Origin: an uncultured Candidatus Saccharibacteria bacterium
GTDB taxonomy: Bacteria; Patescibacteriota; Saccharimonadia; Saccharimonadales; OMJO01
Reading direction: 5' to 3'
Length of the DNA stretch: 36,570 nucleotides
NCBI GenBank assembly: GCA_964494415.1
Contig: CAZBRC010000002.1
Location: 1-36,570, forward strand
Shown: positions 7,544 to 15,503 of the stretch, piece by piece
Numbering within the stretch: position 1 is the stretch's first letter
Layout of the letters: each line of letters begins with the position of its first letter
Position numbers and translations under genes: made by a program
Notes under the pieces: generated by a model
What the model saw: only the letters and a program-made list of their open reading frames with translations
Databases searched by the model: none
Told to the model about the DNA's origin: nothing

Positions 7544-9144
7544 CCAACCACTCGGAAGATTTCTTCGAGCGTTGTCTCGCCCTGACAAGCCTTTAGTATT
7601 CCATCTTGCAGCATGGTGCGCATGCCACTCTGGATGGCAGCTTGCTCGATAGAATGGGTGGACAGTGAGGTCTGGCTTCCTTCTAATAAGTCTCTGATCT
7701 TGCCACTCATCATAAATTGTTCACGAATCGCAATCTGTCCTTTAAAGCCATATGGATTATCTGCAGATTTGCCAGGCTGATAAAACTGAACCTGATTTAG
7801 GTCTGGCTTCTGTATGTCACTTGGGAGTGTGTCGATAATTGTTTGCAGACGGGCCTTGGTAGCCTCATCGATAGTCAGGGGTTGTTTAGTCGTATCATCG
7901 AGTTTGCGAACCAACCGTTGAGCCATGACGAGCCGTATGGCCGAAACAAATAACGGGTTCTGTCCAATGGCGTCCATGAGACGAGTAAGGGCAGCGGCGG
8001 CCGAAGCGGCGTGAAAGGTCGAAAGCACCAGATGTCCAGTCAGGGATGCCTGCAGAGCAGTCTTGGCAGTATCATTATCGCGTATCTCTCCAACCATCAC
8101 GACGTCAGGGTCTAATCGCAAGACGGCACGCAATCGATTGGCAAAATTGAGTTCTTGGGCGTTCTTACTGGTAACCGAGATTTGAGTAATACCAGTAAAT
8201 TGATATTCGACCGGATCTTCGATGGTAATAATCTTGCGCTCTTCACTGTTTAAGGAGTTCAGGATTGAATAAAGAGTGGTCGTCTTACCTGAACCGGTCG
8301 GACCAACTACTAACATTAGCCCACTCGGTTTGGCGATGATATCATCAACTACCTTCCGCTCTGCCTGGCTGAGCCCGAGGCGATCCAGTTGATACATGCT
8401 CTGGTTCATATTAAATAAACGCATAACCACATCCATACCAGTGATTGTCGGTACCGTTTCTAGCCGCACATTAACGTCAACCGTGTTGCCGTCAGCCATG
8501 CGCGCCTGTAGCGCGATATGGCCTTGTTGGGCGTCATCGGCAGCGGTTGAGACGTTTCCAGCACTGGCAATAGCAGATACCAGAACGCGGTATTTTGCTA
8601 AACTCAGACGAGCTATAGGATGCAAAACGCCATCTATACGAAACCGTATGCGGACGAATTCTTGCTGGGTTTCGAGGTGAATATCTGAGGCATTGAGTCG
8701 GTGGGCCTGCTGAACCAAATATGCCAACATGTCATCTGCCCGGACTTGTTCTAAGGTGTCAGAGACTGATTGGATAAGCTGCTGATCGCTTACGGTGCTT
8801 ATATTAATGTCGTGATAAACCACTTGTTTGGGAGGATCGTATAAGCGCATGTATTCTCGAAAACCAGCGTCTGATATCAAGAAAAAGATAATCTGCTGGT
8901 CCTGAAAGCGTTGACGCAAACTGGCCATAGTTTGTTGAGAGGTGGTGTTGGTAACACCAAACCGAATACTGTGCTCGTCGGCGTATAGCGGGATAACTTT
9001 CAACTGATAAAGCTCCGAGGTAGCCAATAGATCTTTAAAAAGCTGCTTATTGGCGAGCTGCGAAGTATCAGTATACTGCAAACCTAAAATGCGAGCTCGT
9101 CGTTGGGTAGACAGCTCCTCGTCGCGCCGGGCGTCTTGACTCAT
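7540..9144 (-). CDS. pilB: Type IV pilus / type II secretion assembly ATPase (PilB/GspE family)
   Basis: Walker A GPTGSGKTTT, VGEIRD (Walker B region) and TGHLVLSTFH (His box), with an N-terminal GSPII_E_N-like domain. 534 aa. Confidence 0.85.
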   Translation of the reverse strand: MSQDARRDEELSTQRRARILGLQYTDTSQLANKQLFKDLLATSELYQLKVIPLYADEHSIRFGVTNTTSQQTMASLRQRFQDQQIIFFLISDAGFREYMRLYDPPKQVVYHDINISTVSDQQLIQSVSDTLEQVRADDMLAYLVQQAHRLNASDIHLETQQEFVRIRFRIDGVLHPIARLSLAKYRVLVSAIASAGNVSTAADDAQQGHIALQARMADGNTVDVNVRLETVPTITGMDVVMRLFNMNQSMYQLDRLGLSQAERKVVDDIIAKPSGLMLVVGPTGSGKTTTLYSILNSLNSEERKIITIEDPVEYQFTGITQISVTSKNAQELNFANRLRAVLRLDPDVVMVGEIRDNDTAKTALQASLTGHLVLSTFHAASAAAALTRLMDAIGQNPLFVSAIRLVMAQRLVRKLDDTTKQPLTIDEATKARLQTIIDTLPSDIQKPDLNQVQFYQPGKSADNPYGFKGQIAIREQFMMSGKIRDLLEGSQTSLSTHSIEQAAIQSGMRTMLQDGILKACQGETTLEEIFRVVG

Positions 9145-9150
9145 GATTAC

Positions 9151-9156
9151 ATTATA
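9151..9156 (-). promoter_or_regulatory. -10 TATAAT 6 nt upstream of the pilB ATG (leaderless pattern)
   Basis: The minus strand reads ggtTATAATgtaatcATG with no SD. Confidence 0.4.
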
Positions 9157-9202
9157 ACCGCTTGTGGTTAATTGCTCTAGTTCGTCTTAGGTTTAGACTT
9201 GC

Positions 9203-9208
9203 TACAAT
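9203..9208 (+). promoter_or_regulatory. -10 TACAAT 3 nt (first ATG) or 6 nt (second ATG) upstream of the trmH-like start
   Basis: The sequence is gcTACAATactATGATG with no SD. Confidence 0.35.
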
Positions 9209-9211
9209 ACT

Positions 9212-9721
9212 ATGATGCGAATTATATTAATCGCCCATAATCTGAGGAGTACACATAACGTCGGCTCACTCTTACGAACCGCCGAAGGGCTTGGGATAAC
9301 CTGTGTCTATTTTACCGGCTACACACCTCACCCGAGCTACCCTGCCGACAATCGATTGCTGCATATTACCCAAAAACTTGATAAGCAGATCCAAAAAACT
9401 GCCCTGGGAGCCGAGCACACCCAAGCCTGGAAATACGAGTCAGATATACAAGTACTGTTGAAGAAGCTAAAAAGCCAAGGTTATACGATTTGTGCGCTTG
9501 AACAATCGTCCAGAGCCATACCGCTGCCTTCATACTTAGCGCCGACCAAGATAGCCCTCATCGTCGGGAGAGAAGTTGAAGGTATAGAACCAGAAGTGCT
9601 TGCGGCGGCAGAAAACATCCTAGAAATACCCATGAGTGGGCAAAAAGAATCATTTAACGTCGCACAAGCTGCTGCAATTGCCTTGTATCACTTAAGATTC
9701 TTTGGCAATACGCAAACTTAG
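9212..9721 (+). CDS. TrmH/SpoU-family RNA 2'-O-methyltransferase
   Basis: 169 aa with SpoU motifs: HNVGSLLRTAEGLG, ALIVGREVEGI, IPMSGQKESFNVAQAAAIALY. The true start may be the second ATG at 9215. Confidence 0.75.
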   Translation: MMRIILIAHNLRSTHNVGSLLRTAEGLGITCVYFTGYTPHPSYPADNRLLHITQKLDKQIQKTALGAEHTQAWKYESDIQVLLKKLKSQGYTICALEQSSRAIPLPSYLAPTKIALIVGREVEGIEPEVLAAAENILEIPMSGQKESFNVAQAAAIALYHLRFFGNTQT

Positions 9722-9723
9722 CG

Positions 9724-9729
9724 TAAAAT
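9724..9729 (+). promoter_or_regulatory. -10-like TAAAAT 6 nt upstream of the CAP-domain gene ATG
   Basis: The sequence is gcgTAAAATaaacatATG, immediately after the trmH-like stop codon, with no SD. Confidence 0.3.
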
Positions 9730-9735
9730 AAACAT

Positions 9736-10794
9736 ATGCCTATTAAGGGTCATCGTGGCAGCGTCCACCATAGCACCGGACCACGAAGCCATAAACACAA
9801 ACCAACCAAAAAGTATCTAGAAGCCTACTGGCCCTATTTACCAATGGTTGTAATAGTTATTGTTGGTTTGTTTTTTGGCAGTTACCGCCCCAAGCTACAA
9901 CCCAAATTTAATGATAGCGGCGTTTTATCATACGCCACCGATACTACTAACGGTGGCTTATTACAGGCTACCAACACTCAGCGCGCCAACAGTGGCCAAT
10001 CTGGTTTGTCAATCAGCAGTCAATTAAATAGTGCTGCTCAGGCCAAAGCCAATGATATGGTCAGCCGTAACTACTGGTCGCACACCACGCCTGACGGTCA
10101 ACAGCCTTGGGTTTTTATTAATAATACTGGTTATAAATACAGTAAAGCCGGCGAAAACTTAGCCTATGGTTTTGTTACCAGCGTTGACACTATCAACGGT
10201 TGGATGAACAGTGCGCCACACCGAGCAAACATACTCGACAGTAGCTTTAAGGAAGTCGGTTTTGGCATTGCCAACTCAGCTGACTTCATCGGCACCGGTC
10301 AAGAGACGGTTGTGGTTGCCATGTATGCAACCCCTTTACTTGCGTCAAGTCAATCCACGGCGCCGCAAGCAGGACCGGCAGCCAACGTTAAACAAGTCGC
10401 GGGTAGCGCCACCCCTGCAGCCGCAACTCAATCAACCACACCAAGCTCTGCTGATACCACGCCGGCTACTCCCCCGGCCGATCAAACCAACGAAGCTAAA
10501 AAAGCCCCTCAAGCAGTCACAACCGCCAATCCAGCCCAGGCTGAACCGGCTTCACTGGCGATAACGAGGGGTCAGACTATTGCTGGTGCGAAAACACCGT
10601 GGCTGGTTTCTGTGATTGGGCTTCTAGCCAGTTTGTCGGTCATCTTCTTGCTCTTAAAACATGGTTGGCAAGTAAAAAAAGTTCTACGCAGAGGTGAGCG
10701 TTTCGCCCTTCATCACCCGATACTTGATACTGCCCTCGTTAGTATCATCATGATTGCCTACGCCCTCAGTAATACCACTGGGTTTATTCGCTGA
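9736..10794 (+). CDS. Membrane-anchored CAP/SCP (YkwD-like) domain protein with a Pro/Thr/Ala-rich linker
   Basis: Basic N-terminus, then a TM helix (YLPMVVIVIVGLFFG). CAP core: AQAKANDMVSRNYWSHTTPDG...GENLAYGF...INGWMNSAPHRANILDSSFKEVGFG. A roughly 90-aa PTA-rich low-complexity region follows, then two C-terminal TM helices. Confidence 0.7.
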   Translation: MPIKGHRGSVHHSTGPRSHKHKPTKKYLEAYWPYLPMVVIVIVGLFFGSYRPKLQPKFNDSGVLSYATDTTNGGLLQATNTQRANSGQSGLSISSQLNSAAQAKANDMVSRNYWSHTTPDGQQPWVFINNTGYKYSKAGENLAYGFVTSVDTINGWMNSAPHRANILDSSFKEVGFGIANSADFIGTGQETVVVAMYATPLLASSQSTAPQAGPAANVKQVAGSATPAAATQSTTPSSADTTPATPPADQTNEAKKAPQAVTTANPAQAEPASLAITRGQTIAGAKTPWLVSVIGLLASLSVIFLLLKHGWQVKKVLRRGERFALHHPILDTALVSIIMIAYALSNTTGFIR

Positions 10795-10810
10795 AGTGGC
10801 TTGCTCTACC

Positions 10811-13800
10811 CTAATGCAGCTTGACGTTACTTTCACCCACAACCGCGCGTAGCTTCTCTAACCCCTGGTCGTGTACCGCCATACGACTAGGTAATCGGAT
10901 TGCTTGTCGCTTATCTTCTGGACCAAGTACTAATACAACTTCTGTTTCGCCTTTGTGACTATCAATGGCTTCTTTAATAAGACGCAAAGCGGACTCATCG
11001 TCACTACTTTGCAGACGAATATACAAACGACTGGGAACAGAAGCTCCTGGATCGGTGTCTGCCTTACTAACGGTGGCTGGGCCGGCCGTCCCTTTGGCTT
11101 TGGGTGGCTTGATATGTTTACCGGTTGCATGATAGTTTTGGGCCTCGGCCAGCACAATCTGACGTGCTTCGTTGGCCATAAGCTTTACTTCACCTAACGA
11201 TTTACCCTGCTTATCTTTGGACGTAATCTTACCCTTAACCAACACTATATTGTCTTGTTGCCAGATACCCTCTGTCTCGGAATACACACCGGGGAAAAGA
11301 ATTACCTCGATTTCTCCACCCTGATCGGCAATACGTACAAAGGCCATTTTTTGGCCGTTTTTAGTAGTTATTTCACGAACATCGGCGACTGCCCCACCAA
11401 TTGTGGCGGTTTTATTGTCATGCTCGGCAACCAACTGATTAATTGGCACGCTTTTTTCTGACAAAATTGTTTCATAGGCCGTCAATGGGTGCTGGCTAAG
11501 ATAAAGTCCGAGTAATTCGCGTTCCCATTGTAATTGCTCGTGCGGATTGTCATCTGATGTATTGTCGTGGAGTTCAAGATTGATGGTCGCCTGCACCACG
11601 ATTTCATCGCCAAACAGGTCGGTTTGGCCGCTGGCTGCTTGTTTTTGTAATCGACTGGCAAAGGCCAGTAAGACATCGAGATTACCCAACAGATAGGTAC
11701 GTGTTCCAAAACGATCAAATGCACCGGCTTTAATAAGGCTTTCCAGTGTTTTACGGTTAACGATTCGGGTACTCACACTGGAAAAGAAGCTTTCCAGACT
11801 CTCGAACGGACCGTTTTGGTCACGTACCCGTAAAATCTCTTCTACCGCCGCCGTACCAACATTTTTTATAGCGGCCAGGCCAAACCGAATTTGCTCCTCG
11901 CCTGGTACGACAGCAAACTCAATAAATGATTCATTAATATCGGGTGGCAAGACTGCTACGCCCATGTGCTTGCACTCAGTAATTTCAATAGTAAGACGGT
12001 CGGTGTTGTCGTAGTCGCTGGTCATAAGGGCCGCCATAAAGGCTGCTGGATAGTGTGCTTTTAAGTAGGCAGTTTGATACGCAATGTACCCGTAACAAGC
12101 AGCGTGTGATTTATTAAAAGCGTAGTCGGCAAACCCCTCTAAGTCTGTCCAGAATTGTTCGGCGACCTGCTGAGGCACACCGTTTTTAACTGCGCCCTGA
12201 ATTATCTTATCTTTCATTTCGGCCATCAGCGCCCGTTTTTTCTTACCGACCGCTTTACGGAGCGTATCCGACTCACCGCCGCTAAATCCACACATGTCAC
12301 GAGCAATCTGCATAAATTGCTCCTGGTAGACCATGACGCCGTAGGTATCTTTTAGCGCCGGCTCCATGAGGGCGTGGTCAAAGGTAACGCTTTCGCGTCC
12401 GTTTTTACGGGCAATGAACTTGTCTGTCAAACCGGCGGTCAGCGGGCCGGGGCGATACAAGGCCCCCATCGCAATAATGTCTTCGAATACAGTCGGTTTG
12501 AGTTCTTTGAGGTAGCGCTTCATACCAGAAGATTCAAACTGGAATACACCAGTGGTATCCCCCTTTTGGAATAGCGCGTATGTGGTGGCGTCATCGAGTG
12601 GGACTGTCTCTATATCAATATCTTTGTGGTAGACCTTTTTAATAATTCGCAAAGCATTTTTTATAATTGTTAGGTTTGATAAGCCCAAGAAGTCCATTTT
12701 TAGCAGCCCGAGGTCTTCTATGGGACCCATGGAGTATTGTGTAGCAATTACGCCCTTTTGAGCTCGTTCTAGGGGTACAAAGCCAACAATATCGTCGGGT
12801 GCAATAACTACCCCGGCGGCGTGCACCCCATGACTGCGTATGGTGCCTTCTACCTGAACCGCCAAGTCAAAGACACGCTTGGATTGCTCGTTATCGTGAT
12901 ACTCCCGCTTTAGGTCGCCATTATCCTTAAGTGATTGGGCCAAAGGTATGTGGCGACCCTGTACTGGTGGCGGTATCATTTTGGACAAACGATCAGCATC
13001 GGCGTATGGCACTTGTAGCACCCGAGCAACATCACGAACAGCATTACGAGCCGCCATCCGACCAAAGGTAACTATATTGGCAACGCGGTTTTCGCCGTAT
13101 TTCTCGACGCAGTACTGAATAACTTCGTCACGGCGAGTGTCCTGAATATCGATGTCAATATCAGGCATACTGATACGGTCAGGGTTTAAGAATCGCTCAA
13201 ACAGTAGGTCGTATTTTAAGGGGTCCAGTTCGGTGATTTTGAGGGAATAGGCGATGATAGAGCCCGCCGCCGAACCACGCCCAGGGCCAAACACAATGCC
13301 CTTATCTTTACCCCAGTTAATAAAGTCGGCAATGATTAAGAAGTAACCATTAAAGCCCATGTGATCAATAGTAGCTAACTCGTAGGCAGCCCGTTCTAGC
13401 ACTTCTTTAGGGAGAATTTTTTTGACCTCGGCTACACCGAGGGTGGCAGCAGTTTTTTCGGTTTTTCCACCGTAGCGATGTGCCAAACCCTGATACACTA
13501 ACGTGTCGAGCAGACTCTTTTCGGTCTGGCCTTTTGGTACGGGAAATTTTGGAATTAGGATTTTACCGAGTTCAATTGTTACATCGCATCGAGCGGCGAT
13601 TTTGGCGGTATTAGAGATGACTTCCGGGTGCGTTGCTCCCCAGCGCTTTATGACATCCTTTGGGTCAGTTACATTAAGGTGAAACTCGCTCAGGCTCATT
13701 CTGTCTTTGTCGGCCATAAAGGCACCAGTCTGTACGCACAGCAGTACTTCGTGCGCCTCTTGGTCTTTCAAATTCAAATAGTGAGCATCGCAGGTTAGCA

Positions 13801-14443
13801 CACATGGAATAGATAGTTCTTTGCCCAACCGAAGAGTTTTCTCGGTGACCCCAACTTGTTCTTGCCAGACGCTGGGATGCTCGGTGTGACCATGGTCCTG
13901 CACTTCTAAGTAGTAGCGATCTCCAAAAACCGACTTGTACCACTCGGCTATTTGCTTAGCCTGGTCGTATTGGTCCTGCCTTAAAGCATCACCAACTTCG
14001 CCACCAATACAGCCACTTAACACAATCAAACCTTCGTTGTACTTTTCGAGCAGCTCGTGGTCAATCCGCGGTTTATAATAAAAGCCTTCCAGGTTGGCCA
14101 TTGTACTCAAACGCATAAGGTTCTGATAACCAGTGTTGTTCATCGCCAGAATAATCAGGTGATAGTACGTCTTGTCTTTGACGGCGTCTTTATCGAGGTA
14201 ACCCCGGCTGGCAACATACGCTTCCATGCCTAGCACGGGCTTAATGCCCTTATCTCTAGCCGATTTATAAAACTCAATCAGGCCGGACAGCGTGCCATGG
14301 TCTGTCATGGCAACCGCCTCCATACCACTGGTTTTTACTTGGTCAACCAGTTCTGGGACTTTAGTGAGGCCATCAAGTAGGCTGTACTGTGTATGGTTGT
14401 GCAAGTGCACGAAATCTTTAGGCTCTAGTTTAATAGCTGCCAT
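10811..14443 (-). CDS. dnaE: DNA polymerase III alpha subunit
   Basis: 1210 aa. PHP domain HLHNHTQYSLLDG..MTDHG, polymerase core, and an OB fold (GGAVADVREITTKNGQKMAFVRIADQGGEIEVILF), plus a C-terminal extension of about 110 aa. Confidence 0.95.
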   Translation of the reverse strand: MAAIKLEPKDFVHLHNHTQYSLLDGLTKVPELVDQVKTSGMEAVAMTDHGTLSGLIEFYKSARDKGIKPVLGMEAYVASRGYLDKDAVKDKTYYHLIILAMNNTGYQNLMRLSTMANLEGFYYKPRIDHELLEKYNEGLIVLSGCIGGEVGDALRQDQYDQAKQIAEWYKSVFGDRYYLEVQDHGHTEHPSVWQEQVGVTEKTLRLGKELSIPCVLTCDAHYLNLKDQEAHEVLLCVQTGAFMADKDRMSLSEFHLNVTDPKDVIKRWGATHPEVISNTAKIAARCDVTIELGKILIPKFPVPKGQTEKSLLDTLVYQGLAHRYGGKTEKTAATLGVAEVKKILPKEVLERAAYELATIDHMGFNGYFLIIADFINWGKDKGIVFGPGRGSAAGSIIAYSLKITELDPLKYDLLFERFLNPDRISMPDIDIDIQDTRRDEVIQYCVEKYGENRVANIVTFGRMAARNAVRDVARVLQVPYADADRLSKMIPPPVQGRHIPLAQSLKDNGDLKREYHDNEQSKRVFDLAVQVEGTIRSHGVHAAGVVIAPDDIVGFVPLERAQKGVIATQYSMGPIEDLGLLKMDFLGLSNLTIIKNALRIIKKVYHKDIDIETVPLDDATTYALFQKGDTTGVFQFESSGMKRYLKELKPTVFEDIIAMGALYRPGPLTAGLTDKFIARKNGRESVTFDHALMEPALKDTYGVMVYQEQFMQIARDMCGFSGGESDTLRKAVGKKKRALMAEMKDKIIQGAVKNGVPQQVAEQFWTDLEGFADYAFNKSHAACYGYIAYQTAYLKAHYPAAFMAALMTSDYDNTDRLTIEITECKHMGVAVLPPDINESFIEFAVVPGEEQIRFGLAAIKNVGTAAVEEILRVRDQNGPFESLESFFSSVSTRIVNRKTLESLIKAGAFDRFGTRTYLLGNLDVLLAFASRLQKQAASGQTDLFGDEIVVQATINLELHDNTSDDNPHEQLQWERELLGLYLSQHPLTAYETILSEKSVPINQLVAEHDNKTATIGGAVADVREITTKNGQKMAFVRIADQGGEIEVILFPGVYSETEGIWQQDNIVLVKGKITSKDKQGKSLGEVKLMANEARQIVLAEAQNYHATGKHIKPPKAKGTAGPATVSKADTDPGASVPSRLYIRLQSSDDESALRLIKEAIDSHKGETEVVLVLGPEDKRQAIRLPSRMAVHDQGLEKLRAVVGESNVKLH

Positions 14444-14502
14444 GTAGTAATAACCCTCGTTTGCTCTCTATATAGTAAGCCATTTACTGGCTCAGGTCAT
14501 TG

Positions 14503-14778
14503 TTATTTCGACTGGCTTGATTCGATCGTGTTCTGAACAGTATTTGCCACCGGGCCAATAAATGGAATTTCGTGGAATAACGACAATACCCAAAGTAAAA
14601 GCGCCACCATGAGGGTAGCGCCAATAACACCACCTAAACCAGCCAGAATACCCTTTATGAAGGTCTGTTTGTAGGCTTCTTTTTTGTTGAGATAACCGGT
14701 TTCATAGACTGACACCAGATTTTTAGAAAACTGATTTAGGTCGGCTTGCTTAGCTTTAGAGGACGCTGGTTTTGGCAT
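14503..14778 (-). CDS. Small membrane protein, DUF5665-like
   Basis: 91 aa. FIKGILAGLGGVIGATLMVALLLWVLSLFHEIPFIGPVANTV resembles my recollection of the DUF5665 core (not searched). It overlaps the ytxH-like stop by 23 nt. Confidence 0.6.
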   Translation of the reverse strand: MPKPASSKAKQADLNQFSKNLVSVYETGYLNKKEAYKQTFIKGILAGLGGVIGATLMVALLLWVLSLFHEIPFIGPVANTVQNTIESSQSK

Positions 14779-15181
14779 CTTTTTTGAGATATTTTTTGAG
14801 TCGTTTTACTGCGCGGTTAGCTTCGTTGATAGCTTCTTTTAAGTCGGCGTCTTCTGCATCGCCCTCATGTACTGCGCTGAGCATCTCACGGACTTTCTGC
14901 TTGGCTAATTTGGCCTTTTGCAGGGCTTCGGTAAATTCTTTTTTGGTCTTACTTGATGCTTTGGCTACTTGACTTTGAGCACTGTCAATAAGTTTACTTA
15001 GTTCGCTATGCAAGTTCTTAAGCTGTTTTTCGGCTTCTTTTTTTGCCTTAACCGCCGCGTTCTTAATGTCTTTTCTGGTTTCTTTACCACTCTTGGGGGC
15101 AGTCAGTACACCGGCAAGATACCCAACACCGGCGGCAATGGCAGCACCAACAGCAACTTGCTTGGTCCCTTTACGCATCAT
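14756..15181 (-). CDS. YtxH-domain protein (141 aa)
   Basis: An AAGGAG SD lies 4 nt upstream of ATG-ATG (15181/15178). MMRKGTKQVAVGAAIAAGVGYLAGVLTAPKSGKETRKDIKN is the YtxH signature; the rest is Lys/Ala/Glu coiled coil. The ORF-track start at 15307 adds 42 residues that overlap the upstream gene. Confidence 0.75.
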   Translation of the reverse strand: MMRKGTKQVAVGAAIAAGVGYLAGVLTAPKSGKETRKDIKNAAVKAKKEAEKQLKNLHSELSKLIDSAQSQVAKASSKTKKEFTEALQKAKLAKQKVREMLSAVHEGDAEDADLKEAINEANRAVKRLKKYLKKDAKTSVL

Positions 15182-15470
15182 CGTCTCCTTTGTTACGTTT
15201 ATTACCTCTTTTAAGGAACGCCTCTGAGATTTTGGCCACGGTGTTGCCAATGGCGAGCGAGCCAGCCGCTTTGCGAACAGATTCACCGACTTCTTCCACT
15301 CGGTCAACCACTTCTTCGGCTTTTTCGACCAAGCCGTTAAGACGATTCATTAGTTTGATGGCTTTGACAGCAATGATAATTGCTAAAACTAAAAAGACCG
15401 CTAATGCGCTGGCTAAAATGGCGACCAGAACACGCTCATAGGGGTAAGATACAACCAAAACATTATCCAT
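15171..15470 (-). CDS. Small single-pass membrane protein, DUF948-like (99 aa)
   Basis: A TM helix (VLVAILASALAVFLVLAIIIAV) is followed by KAIKLMNRLNGLVEKAEEVVDRVEEVGESVRK, the same architecture as DUF948 proteins that pair with YtxH in Firmicutes. I prefer ATG 15470 over TTG 15485 because TATAAT sits 6 nt upstream. Confidence 0.55.
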   Translation of the reverse strand: MDNVLVVSYPYERVLVAILASALAVFLVLAIIIAVKAIKLMNRLNGLVEKAEEVVDRVEEVGESVRKAAGSLAIGNTVAKISEAFLKRGNKRNKGDDDA

Positions 15471-15476
15471 ACTTGT

Positions 15477-15482
15477 ATTATA
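15477..15482 (-). promoter_or_regulatory. -10 TATAAT 6 nt upstream of ATG 15470 (leaderless pattern)
   Basis: The minus strand reads cattgTATAATacaagtATG with no SD. Confidence 0.4.
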
Positions 15483-15503
15483 CAATGTTCTACCAAATAT
15501 TCC

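Noticed and set aside
10211-10564. A 117-aa alternate-frame ORF inside the CAP-domain gene.
   Set aside because: It lies over the Pro/Thr/Ala low-complexity coding region, where all frames stay open. The product is Pro/Arg/Gln low-complexity and has no start signals.
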